The position numbers and the translations under genes were made by a program. Source: a phage. Taken from it: DNA of 64,000 nt. This document shows, piece after piece, positions 46,236-56,215 of the stretch; positions within the stretch are counted from its first letter, which is position 1; each line of letters starts with the position of its first letter. Below the pieces are notes generated by a model. The model was not told the DNA's origin, made no database searches, and worked only from the letters and a program-made list of their open reading frames with translations. The stretch lies in the NCBI GenBank assembly GCA_014435945.1, contig GCA_014435945.1_4088.1. One strand, 5' to 3'.

Positions 46236-46558
46236 TGTGTAAGTTCAATTGTATTGTACGTAAGAATTCATGTTACATTGTAGTAGCTGATTTTAATACA
46301 GGTTCTGGGTTGAAGATATTTGAGTACAGAAAATGCAATAATTCTTTTCATTGGAAATTGGGTGCAAGAAAAACAAAAACAATTTCAGTACCGAATTTAT
46401 GTTCTATCTCTGAAGAAGAAGAGTTTCAGTACTTGTTAGTACATGATGATTCTTTAGGATTTACATTCGAAGACATGAAGGAAGTACAAAAGCAGATGAT
46501 TGCACATTGTCATCTTCCAAAGAATTTTGTTCAACGCGTATGTGAATTCTACATATAA
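46235..46558 (+). CDS. paralog family C protein
   Basis: Start moved to ATG 46235 (SD GAGGTGGAG); SEEEEFQYLLVHDD. Confidence 0.58.
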   Translation: MCKFNCIVRKNSCYIVVADFNTGSGLKIFEYRKCNNSFHWKLGARKTKTISVPNLCSISEEEEFQYLLVHDDSLGFTFEDMKEVQKQMIAHCHLPKNFVQRVCEFYI

Positions 46559-46567
46559 GAGAAGAAT

Positions 46568-46879
46568 ATGAAATTTAATATAGCAAAAACATCGAGTATA
46601 TGTATTTTTGGTTATGCAGAAGAGTTAGGTGATATTGACATTCTTTTGTACAAAAAGGATGGTGTTATGCATTTCAAGTACCAGGATGAAGAGGCAGACA
46701 ATTATCTTTTACCTAATTTAGTACAAATGCAGGAAGAGGAATTATTCCAGTACAGCTTAATATACGACATTGATATTTGCACGATGCCAGTATTAATTAG
46801 TATTCAAAAAGTGATGCTCGATATGTATGATAAGCTAATACAAGGTATGTCAGGGAGGATCATTGAAATTGACATATAA
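46568..46879 (+). CDS. paralog family C protein
   Basis: QEEELFQYSLIYDID. Confidence 0.62.
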   Translation: MKFNIAKTSSICIFGYAEELGDIDILLYKKDGVMHFKYQDEEADNYLLPNLVQMQEEELFQYSLIYDIDICTMPVLISIQKVMLDMYDKLIQGMSGRIIEIDI

Positions 46880-46907
46880 GAATATACCTAAAGGAGATGC
46901 AATATAA

Positions 46908-47159
46908 ATGTACAAAAAAATAAACCGTTATTTGTATGCATCAAAGTACAGGGATTTTTGTTTACGAGGGGGAGAGGAAGATTTTGCTCTGAGGTTATCG
47001 GAATTTAATATGTTATTTTATCTTGGGTCAAAAGAACAAGAAGATACAGTACAGAAATTTCTCAATCATCTTGTACAAAAAATTAATATGCAAATTTTGA
47101 TGCTTAAGTTACAGGATGAGATAAATGAATATGAATCCAGAAATAGTTCAGGATCTTAA
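46908..47159 (+). CDS. small protein, family B-like (embedded in family C region)
   Basis: FYLGSKEQEDTVQKFLNHL. Confidence 0.55.
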   Translation: MYKKINRYLYASKYRDFCLRGGEEDFALRLSEFNMLFYLGSKEQEDTVQKFLNHLVQKINMQILMLKLQDEINEYESRNSSGS

Positions 47160-47514
47160 AAAAGTAATATTTCTTTTGAATACAAGAAGCTCTTTATATA
47201 AGGAATTCAAAGATAATGATGGTTCTTTTAAACCATTATGTATAGAATTCAATGATTTAATTACAGATGCATTGTTTGAATTTTCAGAGAAATATCAAGA
47301 TACCGTGTTTGGTGTTAAGAATGTTATTAGTCCAAGTTCAAGGAAGATAACGTTATCTCATTTTACATTTGACAATAAAGATTTATTCAGTTATAATCCT
47401 AGTACATCTTTATATTTTATTCCTAAAGGAGAAAAGAATAGTCCTATTCATTACGGATGGATTATATCTTATACAATAAATGGAACGGAGTATCCTATCA
47501 AATGGCACGATTAG
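47125..47514 (+). CDS. hypothetical protein
   Basis: 129 aa; no clear family motif. Confidence 0.5.
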   Translation: MNMNPEIVQDLKKVIFLLNTRSSLYKEFKDNDGSFKPLCIEFNDLITDALFEFSEKYQDTVFGVKNVISPSSRKITLSHFTFDNKDLFSYNPSTSLYFIPKGEKNSPIHYGWIISYTINGTEYPIKWHD

Positions 47515-47654
47515 GGAGTGGAGATTATAATATGAATATATTATTAAGAAATATTAATGCAGATTATTGTGTATGGGTTAAGAATCGAGATATGATGTAT
47601 TATGATTTTTATTTAGATTGTGCCATTAAGCGTTTTTTAAGAGAAGAACATTAA
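47457..47654 (+). CDS. hypothetical protein
   Basis: 65 aa; overlaps upstream ORF in another frame; uncertain. Confidence 0.35.
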   Translation: MDYILYNKWNGVSYQMARLGSGDYNMNILLRNINADYCVWVKNRDMMYYDFYLDCAIKRFLREEH

Positions 47655-47836
47655 TGAAAGACGTTAATACAAAAGCAATAAATGATTTAAATGATTCTTT
47701 ATTAGTAAGTATCAAGATGTATTACAATATACATTTAAAGGGTGGTATTGATGATTACAATTATTATCTTTCATTAGTTACAATAGAACATTTAAATTAT
47801 ATAGATCATTTATTACATCCAAATCCACCAATTTAA
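47654..47836 (+). CDS. hypothetical protein
   Basis: 60 aa. Confidence 0.4.
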   Translation: MKDVNTKAINDLNDSLLVSIKMYYNIHLKGGIDDYNYYLSLVTIEHLNYIDHLLHPNPPI

Positions 47837-47847
47837 GGAATACCAAT

Positions 47848-48177
47848 ATGAATAAAATTATTTTAGCTCTAACATTTATTTTATCAATGTTCTCTAATAC
47901 AGTACAGGCCGCTGATTATGAAGTATATCAATTTGATTGCAGATTACAAAACAATGATAAAATTGATATATTTTTACATAGCACAGAAATTCCGTATTTG
48001 CAAATTGAGTCCACAAAGTACATTTATTTTGGTGAGAATTCAGTACAGGAATTTTTATTCAAGCACACATCAGAAGATGTAATTGTATCATTACAATACG
48101 TTGATGCATCATTATCGTTAATGCATTTCAAGAACGCAAAAGGTTTAGTTACAGTGCTTAAATGCACAAGGGTATAA
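47848..48177 (+). CDS. hypothetical secreted protein
   Basis: N-term MNKIILALTFILSMFSNTVQAAD looks like a signal peptide; SD AAGGAA. Confidence 0.55.
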   Translation: MNKIILALTFILSMFSNTVQAADYEVYQFDCRLQNNDKIDIFLHSTEIPYLQIESTKYIYFGENSVQEFLFKHTSEDVIVSLQYVDASLSLMHFKNAKGLVTVLKCTRV

Positions 48178-48178
48178 T

Positions 48179-48739
48179 ATGAATGATATTGAGTTATTGG
48201 TACATAAGATTTGCACAATATCGTTAGTGCTGAACAATGCGAATACAGTACAGAGTTCCCTTTTAAGAATTAATAAAGTTGGGAGTAGTTTATATTTGGA
48301 AGTAAAAGCTGGTTTTGCAGGTCAGTACAATGATAAAATCAAAGAAGAAGTTAAGGGAAGTGAAGATGCTTTCATTGAGGTTTGTGCAACAGTTGGTTCA
48401 AATCCAATTTCAGTATCACCGTTAATGCGAAATGAAAATTCAGAATTTAATTCCATTTTTGAAGGTTATTTGTGGTATAATGCTGGAGATGATTATTTTA
48501 TATATCAGAATTCCAAAACGGATTACAGTGAAGAAGGTATAAAATTCATTGATCCTTACAATGAAGCAGAAGTATTTCAGACATCCCTAATATACAATGC
48601 AAATCAAATGAAGTATCTTATGTTGTTTAGTACAATGCATTTGAATCCATTGAAAGATAATTTAAAATTTTTCATTCGTTTAGAATTAGTTGATATTGCT
48701 TATGATCTTTTAATGCAAGGATACAGTTATGAAGTATAA
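48179..48739 (+). CDS. paralog family C protein (subfamily ending LLMQGYSYEV)
   Basis: NEAEVFQTSLIYNANQMKYL. Confidence 0.62.
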   Translation: MNDIELLVHKICTISLVLNNANTVQSSLLRINKVGSSLYLEVKAGFAGQYNDKIKEEVKGSEDAFIEVCATVGSNPISVSPLMRNENSEFNSIFEGYLWYNAGDDYFIYQNSKTDYSEEGIKFIDPYNEAEVFQTSLIYNANQMKYLMLFSTMHLNPLKDNLKFFIRLELVDIAYDLLMQGYSYEV

Positions 48740-48815
48740 AATGCTTTATACAAAAGATATGATTTATGTTGAATTAGAAGGCAATGACGATGTATCCATC
48801 AATAGGTAATAATAT

Positions 48816-49322
48816 ATGAATGAGATAGAATTATTAGCACACAAGATTAGTACAGTAATGCTTATGCTCAAGAATAATCATTCTATGCATAAGTACATTT
48901 TTATAGGTGATTTACGCATAGAAGATAGATATGATAAATTATCGTTTATGTTTAAAGATGAAAGTAATGCAAAAGTTTGTTTTGCAGCATTTGCCCAAGG
49001 CAATCCAGAACAAGCATCTCCTGTTATATACGAAAATAGTGAAGGGTATTTGTGGGTCAACACAAACGATTATTTCTTTTATGTTTTGAAACAAGATGAT
49101 GAAGTAGAAGCACGAATTGATTTAATTGATATTAGTACAGATTGTAGTGCTGAATTATTTCAGAAATCGTTATTATACAGTCCTCGTCAAATACATTATC
49201 TAAAGTTATTCAGTTCATTGTACGCGAATCCTTTAATTAAGGGTTTTAAATTTTATATCAAAATTCCGCACCTTTCAAACGTTTATGATTTATTAATGCA
49301 AGGATATAGTTATGAAGTATAA
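48816..49322 (+). CDS. paralog family C protein (subfamily ending LLMQGYSYEV)
   Basis: Close paralog of 48179; SAELFQKSLLYSP. Confidence 0.62.
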   Translation: MNEIELLAHKISTVMLMLKNNHSMHKYIFIGDLRIEDRYDKLSFMFKDESNAKVCFAAFAQGNPEQASPVIYENSEGYLWVNTNDYFFYVLKQDDEVEARIDLIDISTDCSAELFQKSLLYSPRQIHYLKLFSSLYANPLIKGFKFYIKIPHLSNVYDLLMQGYSYEV

Positions 49323-49623
49323 AATGCTTTATACATTAACATTAATATATGTAGAATTAGAATCCGATTCAGATGCATGGAATTTGGTTAAAGAGGTCGA
49401 TACCAATCAATGGTACATGGCAAATTTAGACGCACAGGTTGTTACGGATTATTTTATAGATTTTAATACATTATCTGAAGAAGAATTTTTCCAAATGCAA
49501 TTGGTGGTTGACATGTACGGGCATGACATGGTAACATTACGAAATATACAGAAAGCCGTTAATGAAATCCAAAGCAAGAAAGATTATGAGGTAGGAGAGT
49601 ATTATGAGATCGACGTACAGTGA
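49312..49623 (+). CDS. paralog family C protein
   Basis: SEEEFFQMQLVVDMYG. Confidence 0.6.
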   Translation: MKYKMLYTLTLIYVELESDSDAWNLVKEVDTNQWYMANLDAQVVTDYFIDFNTLSEEEFFQMQLVVDMYGHDMVTLRNIQKAVNEIQSKKDYEVGEYYEIDVQ

Positions 49624-49628
49624 AAGCA

Positions 49629-49961
49629 ATGAGTACAATAGTTATGATATATAAAATGCTTTATACAGTATCGGGGATATATGTAGAATTAGAACCCGAT
49701 TATCCAGATGGATGGAATTTTATTAAACGCTCCGATAGAAATACATGGCAAATGGAACATTTGGATAATGACGTAATATTAGACAATTTTGTGGATTTTA
49801 ATACATTATCAGAAGAAGAATTCTTCCAAATGCAATGTGTGCTTGACACAAAAGGATTTGATGTGCTATTATTAAAGAATATACAGAAAGCTGTTAACGA
49901 ATTAATATCCAATGACGAGTTAGGCAAAGTGAGGCTGTTCCATGATCTCGAAGTACAATGA
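49629..49961 (+). CDS. paralog family C protein
   Basis: Start moved to ATG 49629 (track start is GTG); SEEEFFQMQCVLD. Confidence 0.58.
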   Translation: MSTIVMIYKMLYTVSGIYVELEPDYPDGWNFIKRSDRNTWQMEHLDNDVILDNFVDFNTLSEEEFFQMQCVLDTKGFDVLLLKNIQKAVNELISNDELGKVRLFHDLEVQ

Positions 49962-50517
49962 AAGCAATGAGTACAATGAAATTCAGTACACCTACGCTAA
50001 TGCAATCCTTATGGGACAAAAGTTAGCTTGTATTGTTGCAGCCTTATATAATGCACAGAAAGATTACAAGCGTCACATCCACAAATGTATTGGTATTATT
50101 CCATCGAAGTACAATACATATATTGCGTGCACGAGTCATTTTGATAAACGATTCAATACACCTGATACCCCAAATGCCCATAGTGTTATTGGTCTTTTGG
50201 ATTTTGCCCCTGGTGCTGTTATTGGAAAGAATGATTTAGAGTACGCATGGTATAATAAAAATGCCCCGTTAGTAATGGTAAAATATGATACAGAAACGAA
50301 CAAAGCAATAGAGTACAATACATATAAATCAGAGGAAGAATTTTTCCAAGGTTCATTGCTTGTACCAGTGCGATTGTTATTTTATAATGTCATAATGAGT
50401 ACAGTACACGATAGTCCATTACACAAGAATCACAAAATTAATTTCAATTTTTGTGCTTATGCGATTGATGGTGTTTATGAGTGCTTAATGGAGGTATTGA
50501 GTTATGAAGCTGAATAA
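49942..50517 (+). CDS. paralog family C protein
   Basis: SEEEFFQGSLLVPV. Confidence 0.6.
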   Translation: MISKYNESNEYNEIQYTYANAILMGQKLACIVAALYNAQKDYKRHIHKCIGIIPSKYNTYIACTSHFDKRFNTPDTPNAHSVIGLLDFAPGAVIGKNDLEYAWYNKNAPLVMVKYDTETNKAIEYNTYKSEEEFFQGSLLVPVRLLFYNVIMSTVHDSPLHKNHKINFNFCAYAIDGVYECLMEVLSYEAE

Positions 50518-50845
50518 TACATTTGATATTAAGAAGTTAAGAGAATGGTTTTATAGTATTGAAATTGAAGCCATTCCTTATCATAGATATGAACAAAGTG
50601 ATTTACAAAGTATTGATATCAGAGAGTTGTACAAATATTATCAGAGTGCATTAGAGATGCATAAGTTATTTTTGAGTACAAATTTCATCCTAAATTACAA
50701 TTTTGAGGAATTTAATAATTATAATTTAGTACAGAAATATGTAGTAGCAAAGTACATGTACAATCAAGGTATCAAAGGTTGCCTCGAATTCAATACCGTT
50801 CTTATTTTAGTTGAGGTAATTTTATGCACCGCATGTCTGATTTAG
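50504..50845 (+). CDS. hypothetical protein
   Basis: 113 aa; no clear FQ motif. Confidence 0.45.
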   Translation: MKLNNTFDIKKLREWFYSIEIEAIPYHRYEQSDLQSIDIRELYKYYQSALEMHKLFLSTNFILNYNFEEFNNYNLVQKYVVAKYMYNQGIKGCLEFNTVLILVEVILCTACLI

Positions 50846-51321
50846 AGTTCAGTTTAGATGCAGCCTTTAAATTTGTTCACAAAATAGAAACAATATATCG
50901 TACATTATGTGCAATAACATCAGTATCAAAAGAGTTTGATGTTGGTGAAAGGTATCAGGTGTGGAATAATTCATTTTATAATAAAGAACATTCTGCGACG
51001 GCATTTTATATTTTAGCATTTAATCCCAGCAATTGTTACCCAGAGAAGCATGAACGTTATCCAAATGACGACATGTGGTTTGAGTACAAAGAAGATGCTG
51101 ATATGTCGTCAATTGTAGTTCCTGATGATTTTAATGCACAAGATTTAACAGAAGAGTGGTGGTTCCAGCAGAATTTAGTACATGATGATATTGATTTATT
51201 TTTCTATATAGTGTTTAAAATGCTTTATCACAACAATATAGTTAAAGAAAGTTTATCGTTTTCATGTCTATATATTGATGATTTGTACAATGAAATTCAA
51301 ATAAACATGCCTGTATCGTAA
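50824..51321 (+). CDS. paralog family C protein
   Basis: TEEWWFQQNLVHDD. Confidence 0.6.
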   Translation: MHRMSDLEFSLDAAFKFVHKIETIYRTLCAITSVSKEFDVGERYQVWNNSFYNKEHSATAFYILAFNPSNCYPEKHERYPNDDMWFEYKEDADMSSIVVPDDFNAQDLTEEWWFQQNLVHDDIDLFFYIVFKMLYHNNIVKESLSFSCLYIDDLYNEIQINMPVS

Positions 51322-51339
51322 GATATGGGCTTTTTTTGT

Positions 51340-51368
51340 TTGACACGAGTACAAATGCATGGTACAAT
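51340..51368 (+). promoter_or_regulatory. sigma70-like promoter (TTGACA-N17-TACAAT)
   Basis: Preceded by T-run; upstream of 51395. Confidence 0.5.
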
Positions 51369-51394
51369 GTGTAATCATTTTTAAGGAGATACCT

Positions 51395-51943
51395 ATGGAA
51401 AATTTTAAAATACCAGATGATTTCAATTCAGTACAAGAGATGGTACACAAGGTTCATTACATTTTTAATGAATTAATTATTGCCAATTCATCCAGTATGC
51501 AAATTGAGTTAAAGGATATTGATAGAGAAGAAGTTTTTTTGGGTTCCCCAAATTCAATCATTCCTTTTTATGGTCAGGACCGTTTATGGTTCATGAGAGA
51601 TACCCCAATTGACAAATACAAAATACAAAACAAATCAGAGAATGATTTTTCTTATTATTATCTTAAAATTTCATTACAAGTACAAGATATTAGTGCAATG
51701 GGTGAAATAAGTGCAGAGGATTATTTTCAGTACAGTACATTGCATAGTCCAGAAGAAATCTTTGTTGCTATGCTCGTTGCAAAATTGAGCACAGTTGATT
51801 TTGGGACATACCCACATAAATCATTCAAGATTATTATTCCTGCATTCGTCGATCTTTATGATTTCATTGTGCACAAGAAAGAAAGTACAGTGTACGATAT
51901 GTATCGTTCAAATTTCAGTATGATTACAGGGGCATTAAAATGA
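51395..51943 (+). CDS. paralog family C protein
   Basis: Start moved to ATG 51395 (SD AAGGAGA); SAEDYFQYSTLHSP. Confidence 0.6.
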   Translation: MENFKIPDDFNSVQEMVHKVHYIFNELIIANSSSMQIELKDIDREEVFLGSPNSIIPFYGQDRLWFMRDTPIDKYKIQNKSENDFSYYYLKISLQVQDISAMGEISAEDYFQYSTLHSPEEIFVAMLVAKLSTVDFGTYPHKSFKIIIPAFVDLYDFIVHKKESTVYDMYRSNFSMITGALK

Positions 51944-52548
51944 ACATAGATCAATTAATGAAGTACAGTACAAATGCAATTCCAGTGCTAAGTAAAGCAT
52001 TAGATGCATTCAATGCTAAGTACCCTGAAGGTTCAGAGTTAAATATTCCTTTTACCACAGAGGGGATTGTTGATACGTACATTGTAAACATCAGTAGTAC
52101 AGGTATTGTTTTGAAGCAGAAGTACGGCGAAGGTGAATATTATGGATTGAAGCTGGATAATATTTCAGGAGAGAAAACACCTTATGAGTTTTGGGTTCCG
52201 AATAACATTGAGTCATGGAAAACAAATATTAATAAGAGAGACGAAAGAAATTTACCTCTTGTACAAAATAATGAAAAAAGAATTGACGTATTTTATTATT
52301 ACAGTACAGACCAGTTTCCAGAAGAGATTTATTTAAATTCAGAGGTGCATGAAGATATTGAATCATTTTTCTTTCAGTTATCATTGGTACAGGATATCAT
52401 GCCTGTGCAAATGTTCAGGGATGAAATAAATTTAGCGAAAGAGATTTCGGATATGTTACCTGAATTTAGTGTTCTTTATGGTAGTAGAGCTTTACCTGAA
52501 AATGTATACAAAGAATTTATTTCCATTGTTAAAGGGTTGAATATATAA
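51940..52548 (+). CDS. paralog family C protein (divergent)
   Basis: DIESFFFQLSLVQD. Confidence 0.55.
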   Translation: MNIDQLMKYSTNAIPVLSKALDAFNAKYPEGSELNIPFTTEGIVDTYIVNISSTGIVLKQKYGEGEYYGLKLDNISGEKTPYEFWVPNNIESWKTNINKRDERNLPLVQNNEKRIDVFYYYSTDQFPEEIYLNSEVHEDIESFFFQLSLVQDIMPVQMFRDEINLAKEISDMLPEFSVLYGSRALPENVYKEFISIVKGLNI

Positions 52549-52549
52549 T

Positions 52550-52744
52550 ATGACCGCCTATGATATCAAACAAAGGCATACGAAGTTTGATTTGTTCACA
52601 TACCAATTCCACAATGATATAGTGAATTTTAACATCAATGCGTCATTGCATCCTACATCACAAGATGATTTTGACAACAGAGTGCTTAACATAGTGGTGC
52701 TTTTGTGTTATAATCATTTCAGTGAATATTTTAACACAAGATAA
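52550..52744 (+). CDS. hypothetical protein
   Basis: 64 aa. Confidence 0.4.
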   Translation: MTAYDIKQRHTKFDLFTYQFHNDIVNFNINASLHPTSQDDFDNRVLNIVVLLCYNHFSEYFNTR

Positions 52745-52757
52745 GGTTGAGGCACAC

Positions 52758-53276
52758 ATGTATCAGGCCAAGTACAATACATCATATGTATTTGCACACA
52801 ACATTTTGAAGATCATCAAAGCGTTAGAGGGTGGATTGCTTAGTCATAAGTACACCAAAGTAGGTGACAATTGGTTCAGAAATGATGATGAGTTCAGAAG
52901 TCATAAGATTGTTTACAGCAATAATTACAGTGCCAATTACCTTCAGGATGTTGCTATGTGCTTCGAATACGTGTTACAGTTCAGGGGTTCCATCAGTCCA
53001 GAGCTAAGAGAACACATGTACATTCGATACCTACCAATGCTTAAGGATGAGAAATCAATATTCAATTCAGTACACCACAGAGTACGAGAGAGAACATTCA
53101 GGGATATTTTAGAAGATGAAGCTGCCTATTTTCAGCAATCATTGATTGATGCTCCTGATGTGTTACAGATGCAGAATTTGTATAATGTATTAGATGCGAA
53201 CATCGATACGGATATCTTTTTTTCCTTAAGTGATTATGAAACATTTTTGGAAGATTTAAAGGAAATAGGATTATGA
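52758..53276 (+). CDS. paralog family C protein
   Basis: Start moved to ATG 52758 (track start is GTG); DEAAYFQQSLIDAP. Confidence 0.58.
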   Translation: MYQAKYNTSYVFAHNILKIIKALEGGLLSHKYTKVGDNWFRNDDEFRSHKIVYSNNYSANYLQDVAMCFEYVLQFRGSISPELREHMYIRYLPMLKDEKSIFNSVHHRVRERTFRDILEDEAAYFQQSLIDAPDVLQMQNLYNVLDANIDTDIFFSLSDYETFLEDLKEIGL

Positions 53277-53617
53277 GTAGATTTTCAGTGTATATAGTGA
53301 ACGTCAGTAAAGATGGTAGTTTAATTGAATTTGATGTAGTTGATAACAATGATAATTCATATGGTATTAAGGTACAGGACAATGATGTACAGTTCAGTAC
53401 AAGGACAAATTTTGAGAATCCAGTCCAAGTTCCGAATTTCATAGAAGATGAAGCTGCACGATTCCAATACGAAACGGCCTTTGATAATGTAGCGATGCAT
53501 ATTATTATGCAACAAAGTTTAGTTCAATTGCTTCAGGTATTCAGACAAAATATATATATACATGAAGTGTCGATTAATGGCATTCAAAGTTCCGTTTTGT
53601 TCGGTACAAATATGTAA
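53273..53617 (+). CDS. paralog family C protein (divergent)
   Basis: DEAARFQYETAFDN. Confidence 0.55.
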   Translation: MSRFSVYIVNVSKDGSLIEFDVVDNNDNSYGIKVQDNDVQFSTRTNFENPVQVPNFIEDEAARFQYETAFDNVAMHIIMQQSLVQLLQVFRQNIYIHEVSINGIQSSVLFGTNM

Positions 53618-53627
53618 GGAAAGTACA

Positions 53628-54182
53628 ATGAGTTCAATGAGTTTATTAGATACATTAGAAAAAGACAGAAGTGCCATTAAGAGATTAAAAAATCTTGTCC
53701 AGAGCATTGCGAACAACGCTGAGAAGTTCAGTGACAATCTTAGTATAGGTGATATAACCAGTACAGGAATAAAATCCCTGAAGTCAGATTTATTAATTCA
53801 TAAGGAAGATAAATTATTATTTGTATTGAGTTCAGATTTAATGGTTGCAAGTAATGGTTTCAATTCGATATCAACACAAGATGGTAGCACAGGATTATAT
53901 CTATCACAGGGTGTCCAGACGAACGAACAAAAGTGTTTTAGTTCAGGAGTACAGAATCCCTTTAAGTTCAGTACAGAACAAGCTACAGAGCTTTTAGATG
54001 CATCAGAAGAGATGTTATTTCAGTACAAAACGGTTCATACAGATTTTGAATTACGATGCATGTACGCTGTTAAGCATTATGTTCAGGAGTTCGAGGATTT
54101 AAGTTATCTTTTAGTTCGAACGAATACAAAGAACATTGGTGCATTAGAAGATTACATTTCAAAAGTTGTTAAAGGGTGCTAA
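53628..54182 (+). CDS. paralog family C protein
   Basis: Start moved to ATG 53628; SEEMLFQYKTVHTD. Confidence 0.58.
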   Translation: MSSMSLLDTLEKDRSAIKRLKNLVQSIANNAEKFSDNLSIGDITSTGIKSLKSDLLIHKEDKLLFVLSSDLMVASNGFNSISTQDGSTGLYLSQGVQTNEQKCFSSGVQNPFKFSTEQATELLDASEEMLFQYKTVHTDFELRCMYAVKHYVQEFEDLSYLLVRTNTKNIGALEDYISKVVKGC

Positions 54183-54345
54183 AGGGTGCTGATGAAAGAG
54201 TTATTTGAAGAACAGTTCGATACATATGTGGATAATATTCTTTATTCTAGCCGTGCTAGTCAACGAGGAAATCGTGCTTACAACATAGATTACCTATTAA
54301 CGGTGCTGAGTTCACAGTACACCTACGCTGTACAGAGGACATATT

Positions 54346-54549
54346 ATGAATAATTTTAGAGATGTTGCAAAGGAGAAGTTCAAGTGCAGTTTAGATTACG
54401 GTTTAAATGATTTTCTTACATGCACAATGTACAGGAATGATGATTATGAGCAATCCGTAATTTCGTTGCACAGATATTTCGAAATAATTTATGCAAGATA
54501 TCTTAGAAGGTTAGATGGGATAGGGGATTGGAATTATGATTACGTTTGA
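54346..54549 (+). CDS. hypothetical protein
   Basis: 67 aa. Confidence 0.4.
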   Translation: MNNFRDVAKEKFKCSLDYGLNDFLTCTMYRNDDYEQSVISLHRYFEIIYARYLRRLDGIGDWNYDYV

Positions 54550-54760
54550 AGAGCCGGAAGTGGTATATTGCTTTAGTGTGAAAGGTTTTGAATACATGAT
54601 GGATTCGATTTTGAAGGATACATATTTGGTTCAGATTGAAGTTACAGATAATACAGATAATGCATTACAACGAGTATTGAATATATACGAGAGGACGAGT
54701 CGAAGGCTTTGTGCAATGAAAAGGATTGAAGAAATCAAGCTTTCTAGGCTGAATAAATAG
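54536..54760 (+). CDS. hypothetical protein
   Basis: 74 aa. Confidence 0.4.
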   Translation: MITFEEPEVVYCFSVKGFEYMMDSILKDTYLVQIEVTDNTDNALQRVLNIYERTSRRLCAMKRIEEIKLSRLNK

Positions 54761-54957
54761 AGACGTTTCGTTTTCACAGGCCGCAGGAGGGGGGTCAAAA
54801 AAATTTTCGCTGAAAAACATGTTAAGGTATATGTTTAATATAAAGTTTTAAAATGTGTTCACAGAGTACAGTTCATGTTTCCTGAAACAAAAAATACCCC
54901 GCCGCGAACGTTCTCCTTATATTGGAGTTTACCTTATTAATTACAGTTGAGATTAAG

Positions 54958-55335
54958 ATGGAAATAAAATATAAAGAATTTTGTATAGGGACATGGATGT
55001 ACACGGGTGAGTTGATTACGTGTTGTAATTTGTACAAAGGTGATTTAAACTACACAAGGGGCAAGGTTATAAAGTTCTGGAATTCACAATTTTATTTAAT
55101 GGATCTTGGTACTGGATTTAGTTGTAAAGCAACCGATATGCTGGACTATACCTTAATGGATGATGCTGCACTATTTCAGGAGTCATTAGTATTTGACAAG
55201 AAGTACATCTGTACATTAGAAGAGATTGTTGAAATCCAGCGTAGAATTAAATGTATTCACAGGGAATGTATAGATAAATGGTGTAAAACTGGTGAAACTA
55301 ATTTTAGTAATCATTTCAATCTAGGGGAAGAGTGA
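54958..55335 (+). CDS. paralog family C protein (subfamily LFQESLVFDKKY)
   Basis: Start moved to ATG 54958 (track start is TTG); DDAALFQESLVFDKKYICTLEE. Confidence 0.6.
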   Translation: MEIKYKEFCIGTWMYTGELITCCNLYKGDLNYTRGKVIKFWNSQFYLMDLGTGFSCKATDMLDYTLMDDAALFQESLVFDKKYICTLEEIVEIQRRIKCIHRECIDKWCKTGETNFSNHFNLGEE

Positions 55336-55691
55336 TGGAATTTGATTTTGTAATATCAGTACATTCTTTTAAGAACAGTTTTCAGTACTTTTGTAATTTA
55401 AACAAAGGTGATTTAATGCACAGTGCAAATGAGTATATTCATTACACTCAGGGTAAATTTACATTCATTGATTACAGTTCATTACAGTATCCGCATCAGG
55501 ATATGCCGGATTATACAGTACTTGATGAGGCTGAACTATTTCAGGAGTCATTAGTATTTGATAAGAAGTACTTGTGTACATTTGAAGAAGTAATTGCAAT
55601 ACAAAATGAAATGAAAGAGTATGACTCTTTGAATAAAGGCAATGTCAGTATTAATCAAGAATACAAATTCAATATAGGAATTCCAGAATGA
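55335..55691 (+). CDS. paralog family C protein (subfamily LFQESLVFDKKY)
   Basis: Start moved to ATG 55335 (TGATG overlap); DEAELFQESLVFDKKYLCTFEE. Confidence 0.6.
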   Translation: MEFDFVISVHSFKNSFQYFCNLNKGDLMHSANEYIHYTQGKFTFIDYSSLQYPHQDMPDYTVLDEAELFQESLVFDKKYLCTFEEVIAIQNEMKEYDSLNKGNVSINQEYKFNIGIPE

Positions 55692-56032
55692 CATTTGATT
55701 TTTCTATGTTTATACCTAAGATTAGTACTTCACTGGAAGTGTATTGCAATCTTAACAAAGGTGATTATGAACACAAAATGGATCAGTACATTAAATTTAA
55801 TGGTTCTTACTTTAGCTTCATTGATTATCAGACCAAAGGAACAGTTGTAGAAAATATGAAAGACTATACAACAGTACAGGGTGAGGCTGAAATATTTCAA
55901 GAGTCATTAATATTTGACAAGAAGTACTTGTGTACACTAGAGGAAGTAATTGAACTCCAACAGAAGATGAAAGAATATAGAAGAATCTGTATAGAGACTG
56001 ATTCCAAAGATAGGTATTGTTTTAAGCTATGA
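55688..56032 (+). CDS. paralog family C protein (subfamily LFQESLVFDKKY)
   Basis: GEAEIFQESLIFDKKYLCTLEE. Confidence 0.62.
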   Translation: MTFDFSMFIPKISTSLEVYCNLNKGDYEHKMDQYIKFNGSYFSFIDYQTKGTVVENMKDYTTVQGEAEIFQESLIFDKKYLCTLEEVIELQQKMKEYRRICIETDSKDRYCFKL

Positions 56033-56214
56033 ATAAAAAAGAACAAATGGAATCATTCATGAATACAATGCTTCGACGATTCGTAATTGATATTAGACAT
56101 AACAACAGCATTAGGAATGACATGTACTTCGGTACATATGATATTAGTGAATTGTATATAGCTAATATTCACATGGTGTACCGAGATTATATCAAGACAC
56201 AACACAGGAGTTGA
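56029..56214 (+). CDS. hypothetical protein
   Basis: 61 aa. Confidence 0.4.
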   Translation: MNKKEQMESFMNTMLRRFVIDIRHNNSIRNDMYFGTYDISELYIANIHMVYRDYIKTQHRS

Positions 56215-56215
56215 T

